Positions 59,642 to 64,000 of a DNA stretch of 64,000 nucleotides are shown one piece after another; position 1 is the stretch's first letter, and the number at the start of each line of letters is the position of its first letter. The translations under genes were made by a program, and so were the position numbers. Under the pieces are notes generated by a model. That model did no database searches. It was not told the DNA's origin and was given only the letters and a program-made list of their open reading frames with translations. This stretch comes from a virus. The DNA is taken from positions 3,213 to 67,212 of IMG/VR virus record IMGVR_UViG_3300008111_001005, one strand, 5' to 3'.

Positions 59642-60595
59642 TTATTTAGCTGGGCGTTCTTCTATCGTAAATGTCGATAGATCTGTTTGAAACGGGATCA
59701 AACCTAATAATCCATCACGATTCTTTTCAATGTGGCAAGCCAATAGTCCTATAGGATCTTCCCCACAATAACTGTCAGTGATATTATACAAGTCGTATGG
59801 GCGTTGAAGCATCATGACTACATGCGCATCTTGCCCGATAGAATCACCTCCGAATAAATCAGTTAATAGAGGCTGATACTGCTGTTTTGCACGAAACTCT
59901 TGTTCGATGTTACGGTTAAGCTGTGACAACAATACAGTTATTGTTTGCATTCTCGCTTGTAACCACATACATCCTTTTGATAGAGTGTTTAGTTTCTGCA
60001 GTTCAGTATCTTCTCTCCCAATTACTAGTCGTGTATGGTCAATTAAGTTAATGACAGTCTTAGTTGGGTATTTGAGAAATACTTTCTCATTTACCTTTCG
60101 TATTCTATCCATATCCTGTGGGATATTACAGAAGAAGATAGGGTAGTTACGATACTTATCTACTGCCTTTACATAATTATCAAACTTGTTATTATCTAAT
60201 GTCCCCTCAACTGACATCAACTCAAATGTTTGAAGCTTAGTGTCTTTTGAACCTGCACGAAGAATCTGTTGATCTCCTGGCATTTCAAAGCTCCAATACA
60301 AAACAATCAACTCATTTTTATTCTTGTCTAGTAAATCGAAAATCAGCTGATTACTAAATGCTGATTTCCCAACCCCAGGACGACCTGCAATTACATACAT
60401 CTTTCCTGGTTGTAGCCCTCCCATGAGATTACGATTCAGTCTTCCCCATTTTGTGGGGTAAACTTTACGTTTCCCATTCATAGAATCCTTTACATAAGAG
60501 ATAGACTTATCTACTGACTTAGAGATATGTACTAGCCCAGTAAATGCATCAAAGTCGTCTTGTGATTCTTTGATTTGGTTGTGATTCTCCTCCAT
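59642..60595 (-). CDS. dnaB: DnaB-like replicative helicase (motor domain only)
   Basis: AGRPGVGKS, SFEM, IDH, LSQLNR, IGQDAHVV and KNRDG motifs. Confidence 0.9.
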   Translation of the reverse strand: MEENHNQIKESQDDFDAFTGLVHISKSVDKSISYVKDSMNGKRKVYPTKWGRLNRNLMGGLQPGKMYVIAGRPGVGKSAFSNQLIFDLLDKNKNELIVLYWSFEMPGDQQILRAGSKDTKLQTFELMSVEGTLDNNKFDNYVKAVDKYRNYPIFFCNIPQDMDRIRKVNEKVFLKYPTKTVINLIDHTRLVIGREDTELQKLNTLSKGCMWLQARMQTITVLLSQLNRNIEQEFRAKQQYQPLLTDLFGGDSIGQDAHVVMMLQRPYDLYNITDSYCGEDPIGLLACHIEKNRDGLLGLIPFQTDLSTFTIEERPAK

Positions 60596-61106
60596 CTAAA
60601 CTTGCATATTTCTCCCATGTGTGTTGATATATCCACGTATCAAGATTTTGCATGAACTCCATCTGATCACCCTTTCTGCGAATATCAAGTTCTATCTTGA
60701 GGCCTTTTATAATCTCAGTATGTTTTGCTAGGCTTTTCCCAACAACTTTCTGATACCTGTTCTTTGCCTTTAGATTTGATTGCGCTTCAGGGTCTTTTGA
60801 TCTGAGAACTCTGACTCCATTGTTACGAGTAGTAACCTTGATAGGAAAATGGGACAGAAGGTCACTCCACATCTGATCAAAAGAGGTTTCTTGTAAATTC
60901 TGAAACCCGTATCTAACCACATGTGATTTTAGACCTTCTGCCCCAAGTTTAATCAAGCCTTTGGTTTGCAGATTATCCTCAGATATACTCAGATTTAAGC
61001 TCTCTAATTCTTCATACTCCTGTAGATAAATCAGGTACAAATATACGTACTCATCAGGGGATATACAAAGAGATTTAAGAACCTCAGTAGATATATCTAT
61101 AGTCAT
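60549..61106 (-). CDS. Hypothetical protein overlapping dnaB (possible loader or initiator)
   Basis: N-terminal wHTH-like segment, plus FDQMW...FPIKV and FMQNLDTWI.QHTWE. Confidence 0.5.
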   Translation of the reverse strand: MTIDISTEVLKSLCISPDEYVYLYLIYLQEYEELESLNLSISEDNLQTKGLIKLGAEGLKSHVVRYGFQNLQETSFDQMWSDLLSHFPIKVTTRNNGVRVLRSKDPEAQSNLKAKNRYQKVVGKSLAKHTEIIKGLKIELDIRRKGDQMEFMQNLDTWIYQHTWEKYASLDGGESQPNQRITRRL

Positions 61107-62239
61107 AACCAGACAATATTACTAAGATTTCTAATTGATGATCTTAACCATTTCTCTTCCTGAGACTCTTTGACGTACAGTACGTAAATAGTCCCAGTCT
61201 TAGACTTATTAAGACGCAAAAGCCTCCCCACTCGTTGAATCATAGGGAGGGCTTTACTATCTAATCCTGCAATAATCCCAACAGAAGCATCAGGAACATC
61301 GAAACCTTGGTTAAGAGCTTTTGTAGAACAGAGAATCTTGTTTTCCCCAGATTTGAATCTCTCAAGTACTCTTTCTCGTTCTTTCTTCCCCTTTGCAGAG
61401 TGATAGCTCTCTCCGTTAAGTTGCTCAGCCATAGTATCTGTGAACTCATTGGTTCCTGAAAATACTAAGACCTTATCATCAGGGTGTTTCTGTAACAAAG
61501 ACTGCGCTGTAACTATCTTGTTAAGAGCATGTTGAACTACATTCTTTCTAGATTTGATAGAGTTGTAGAACATAGCAGCAGCAGCTTTGTCTCCTGGAGC
61601 TCCTCCCATTATCCTTTTTGCATTCTCAAATGCATCAAATTGTCCAAGACGATACTTAGCGTGAATGAATATGTTATTTGCTTTAACATACTCTTTACGC
61701 TCTTCTTCTTGCAATTCAATAGGGATGCAGATAATAGTATAAGGAGACACCAATCCTAAAGACACACACTTATCTAATGATATATGATACCTTACCGGGG
61801 CAAGATTAGATAAATATTCTTTGTACTCATCTTCTTCAGGAATAGTAGCAGTCATACACAGCAATTTAGTGTATGTATTATTCTCAAAGAACTTACGATA
61901 GACAGGGCTTAATCCAAGATGTACTTCATCACAAACTGTGATGTCAAAATGCTCCCCAACTAATTTGTGTGCAGATTGATAGCACATGATAGTTGTTTGA
62001 GCTAGAACATTCTCAAATCCCCATTTCTTAAACTCCTCAGCAAACTGAGACTGTAGTTGTACAGTGGGGACTAGGACTAAAGCTCTTTGAGACTCTTGAA
62101 GAAGTTTCCCAATAGCTAATACTCCACATCTTGATTTCCCAAATCCAGTTCCTGCAATGATACTCCCAACAAATCCAGCCTTAGCCCAACTATTTAGGGC
62201 ATTACGCTGCTCTTGATCTTTGATCTGTAATATATCCAT
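61103..62239 (-). CDS. Superfamily 2 helicase
   Basis: GTGFGKS, DEVH, MTAT, GFDVPD and QRVGR motifs. Confidence 0.92.
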   Translation of the reverse strand: MDILQIKDQEQRNALNSWAKAGFVGSIIAGTGFGKSRCGVLAIGKLLQESQRALVLVPTVQLQSQFAEEFKKWGFENVLAQTTIMCYQSAHKLVGEHFDITVCDEVHLGLSPVYRKFFENNTYTKLLCMTATIPEEDEYKEYLSNLAPVRYHISLDKCVSLGLVSPYTIICIPIELQEEERKEYVKANNIFIHAKYRLGQFDAFENAKRIMGGAPGDKAAAAMFYNSIKSRKNVVQHALNKIVTAQSLLQKHPDDKVLVFSGTNEFTDTMAEQLNGESYHSAKGKKERERVLERFKSGENKILCSTKALNQGFDVPDASVGIIAGLDSKALPMIQRVGRLLRLNKSKTGTIYVLYVKESQEEKWLRSSIRNLSNIVWL

Positions 62240-62242
62240 TAA

Positions 62243-62509
62243 TTAATCATCTTTATAATCTTCCCAATCATCAAATTTATTTCCATGTTCAAGCTTGATT
62301 TCATTCTCAATCATCTCTTTAAACTTTGCATTTAAGATGGGGAGTATGTCTACTTCAACCATCTTATCTGTAACAGGATCCATTAGATATACTTCTAGAA
62401 TAGATACATGATCATTCTCTGAAGGATAATCGTTGGTTTCTCTGTACCCAGGGATAAACTCGTATTCAATCTTGAACGAGGTCTCCCAAATCTCTATAAG
62501 TAGTGTCAC
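62243..62509 (-). CDS. Small acidic hypothetical protein
   Basis: 88 aa with IEYEFIPGYRETNDYP motif. Confidence 0.55.
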   Translation of the reverse strand: MTLLIEIWETSFKIEYEFIPGYRETNDYPSENDHVSILEVYLMDPVTDKMVEVDILPILNAKFKEMIENEIKLEHGNKFDDWEDYKDD

Positions 62510-62894
62510 GGTAAATGATTGTTATGTTTTCTTCGACAAGTTTTAATGCCTTAGCGTATTTGGCTTTGAATGGGGGATATGCAGCTTCTAAATCATTGGC
62601 TTGTTTGTAGCTATGTAGGATAGTAGCATGATGCCTGTCTCCTAAATGCTTAGAGATTTCTGCAAATGTTACTTTGAGTCTGTCTCTGATAATCTTGATA
62701 GCTGCGTGCCTTGCGAGAGATACTTTAGATCTTCGATTCTTGCTGTATATCTGCTCAGGTTCGACTTCAAAAGCCTGTGCTGTACATTTAACGATTCCGT
62801 CAATTGTACTAACATCTGGGATGTAATACTTGAGTGCATAGGGTCTGATAAGATTTGGGATTCCTAGGTAAATCCACGGACTGATAGCATTCAT
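62466..62894 (-). CDS. Stand-alone DnaA C-terminal (domain IV) HTH protein
   Basis: FEVEPEQIYSKNRR..VSLARH......RLKVTFAEISKHLGDRHHATILHS matches the DnaA domain IV pattern. Confidence 0.8.
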   Translation of the reverse strand: MNAISPWIYLGIPNLIRPYALKYYIPDVSTIDGIVKCTAQAFEVEPEQIYSKNRRSKVSLARHAAIKIIRDRLKVTFAEISKHLGDRHHATILHSYKQANDLEAAYPPFKAKYAKALKLVEENITIIYRDTTYRDLGDLVQD

Positions 62895-63106
62895 GTAAAT
62901 AAGATTTCTAACTTAGATACACTAGCTTCTTCTTTTCCTTTGCGAGTATTGTAATGATTCGCAAATTCAATAGCTTCTTCGACATTAAATGTCCCAATAA
63001 CTGCCTCTTTGTTTATTATTACAATCCAGAGTTTTGGGTCTCCAGCCATAGACAAAAAGAATAATCCAAGTTTTCTAAACATTAGCTTTGGTTTTAAAGG
63101 TTTCAA
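62891..63106 (-). CDS. Small hypothetical protein (start uncertain)
   Basis: ORF with ATGA coupling to the DnaA-like gene. Confidence 0.4.
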   Translation of the reverse strand: MKPLKPKLMFRKLGLFFLSMAGDPKLWIVIINKEAVIGTFNVEEAIEFANHYNTRKGKEEASVSKLEILFT

Positions 63107-63138
63107 AGAACATAAACAAAAACATTGCTGCCCTCACA

Positions 63139-63214
63139 TGGAGCTTCTGAAAGGAGTCGAACCCTCAACCTACTGAGTACAAATCAGTTGCTCTACCAAT
63201 TGAGCTACAGAAGC
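63139..63214 (-). tRNA. tRNA-Thr(TGT) with encoded CCA
   Basis: GCTTCTG acceptor, ACTGA-TTTGTAC-TCAGT anticodon arm, GTTCGACTC T-loop, ends TCCA. Confidence 0.92.
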
Positions 63215-63323
63215 AAGAGTAAGTTTTTATAATACCCCCAGAACTTACAAACTGTGCTAACCTACGATTTAGATAGAAGGATTTAACCCATCTATGTCTT
63301 CGATTTCTGATCAGGAACTAATG
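63215..63323 (-). ncRNA. Candidate structured RNA between tRNA-Leu and tRNA-Thr
   Basis: Non-coding, about 110 nt, with two hairpins (ATAGATGG/CCTTCTAT and GTAAGTT/AACTTAC) and a repeated AAATCG. Confidence 0.35.
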
Positions 63324-63409
63324 TAGCCGGAGCGGGAATCGAACCCGCACGAACCCTTCGGTTCAACAGATTTTAAGTCTGTCGTGTATACCAGTTTCAC
63401 CATCCGGCC
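63324..63409 (-). tRNA. tRNA-Leu(TAA)
   Basis: ACAGA-CTTAAAA-TCTGT anticodon arm, long variable arm, GCGGG-TTCGATT-CCCGC T arm. CCA not encoded. Confidence 0.92.
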
Positions 63410-63412
63410 ATG

Positions 63413-63486
63413 TAACCCCGGTAGGATTCGAACCTACGGCCCACAGCTTAGAAGGCTGTTGCTCTATCCAACTGAGCTACGAGGTC
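63413..63486 (-). tRNA. tRNA-Arg(TCT)
   Basis: ACAGC-CTTCTAA-GCTGT anticodon arm and GTAGG-TTCGAAT-CCTAC T arm. CCA not encoded. Confidence 0.92.
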
Positions 63487-63503
63487 ATCTATGGGTATTT
63501 AAT

Positions 63504-63731
63504 TCACTGAAATAAAACCCATAAGCCGTATTCTTCTAGTGTTTCTCCAAGAGCTTGTCTACACGCAACTAACTCTTCAACAGCATCTTCAGATAGTTTA
63601 TCGTTATACTTCTCTCTGTCTCTTAAGTGTCGTAAGAAGCTAGACATTGCAGCTCTAATTTTTGGACCTGCAATAGCACATTCGTAGTCATGCTCGTCTT
63701 CGGGGAGATTGTATTCTACTATTACTTTCAT
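63504..63731 (-). CDS. Small hypothetical phage protein
   Basis: MKVIVEYNLPED...LRDREKY pattern, 75 aa. Confidence 0.65.
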   Translation of the reverse strand: MKVIVEYNLPEDEHDYECAIAGPKIRAAMSSFLRHLRDREKYNDKLSEDAVEELVACRQALGETLEEYGLWVLFQ

Positions 63732-63816
63732 GATTGTAAATTTACAATAAGTTTTAAGATAGTTTGATGCTTAATTATCAATTATTTATGAACACAGAAG
63801 GAAACTCATTTCCCTC

Positions 63817-63885
63817 TGTCGAATAGTCACCAGGCCAGAGTTAATAGTCACCAGCTAGTGTGTCGAATAGTCACCAGCTAGTGTC
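63817..63885. repeat. Three direct repeats of AATAGTCACCAG (extended unit TGTCGAATAGTCACCAGCTAGTG)
   Basis: Cores start at 63822, 63843 and 63866 (spacing 21 and 23 bp) in non-coding DNA. Confidence 0.85.
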
Positions 63886-64000
63886 ATTTCTCTTTAATAT
63901 CTACTCTTATAATCCTATCCAAGAGTTCTGCAAGTTCTGCTGCGTTGTCAATAGACCAGCCAGTGGTTCGTAATACAAAGAACCCATGATGAAGATCAAA
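63884..64000 (-). CDS. 3' end of a hypothetical protein running off the window
   Basis: Reads ...FDLHHGFFVLRTTGWSIDNAAELAELLDRIIRVDIKEK*. Confidence 0.55.
   Translation of the reverse strand, partial: FDLHHGFFVLRTTGWSIDNAAELAELLDRIIRVDIKEK

Noticed and set aside
3-62239. Group I introns, inteins or homing endonucleases in TerL, MCP, RNAP, primase or helicases
   Set aside because: The proteins are contiguous and of ordinary length, with no C...HN splice motifs or LAGLIDADG/HNH inserts noticed.
63290-63323. Hammerhead or HDV-like theta ribozyme after tRNA-Leu
   Set aside because: CTGATCAGAAA lacks the CUGANGA core and stem II, and I could not build the nested HDV pseudoknot by eye.
63817-63885. 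Mini CRISPR array
   Set aside because: The repeat cores are 12 bp with only 9-11 bp between them, partly duplicated. There are no spacer-length unique sequences and no cas genes.
1-64000. Genome-wide stop codon reassignment as in some gut crAssphages
   Set aside because: Genes up to 6.4 kb are uninterrupted under code 11, coding density is high, and TGA is used as a coupled stop.

Overview
The window is 64 kb of an AT-rich crAss-like (Crassvirales) phage genome. The host is probably Bacteroidota, judged from TAnnTTTG promoter elements and A-rich starts without Shine-Dalgarno sequences. Positions 1-49397 (+) hold the virion block: terminase C-terminus, portal, scaffold-like protein, major capsid protein, ring/hub/fibre genes, IHF-like gene, a broken tail-tube gene, muzzle, and five large ejected proteins including a single-chain virion RNA polymerase (GSDFDWDK). 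Positions 49431-64000 (-) hold a converging replication block: DUF1599, UDG, 5'-3' exonuclease, rIIB/rIIA, PD-(D/E)xK nuclease, primase, SSB, AAA ATPase, DnaB, SF2 helicase and a stand-alone DnaA domain IV, followed by three tRNAs and short direct repeats. The most striking signal is that the three consecutive giant ejected proteins (about 4900 aa) contain only four cysteines, all at the termini facing the neighbouring gene, which suggests a head-to-tail disulfide-linked ejection chain. Other signals are a recurring [MFYK]-x-x-G-G motif in internal virion proteins, an ART plus lysozyme-like modular protein bounded by that motif, a strand-symmetric TGGG/CCCA excess, an unused amber codon, and a structured RNA candidate inside the tRNA cluster. 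All calls come from reading the sequence by eye and recalling family motifs; no searches were run.
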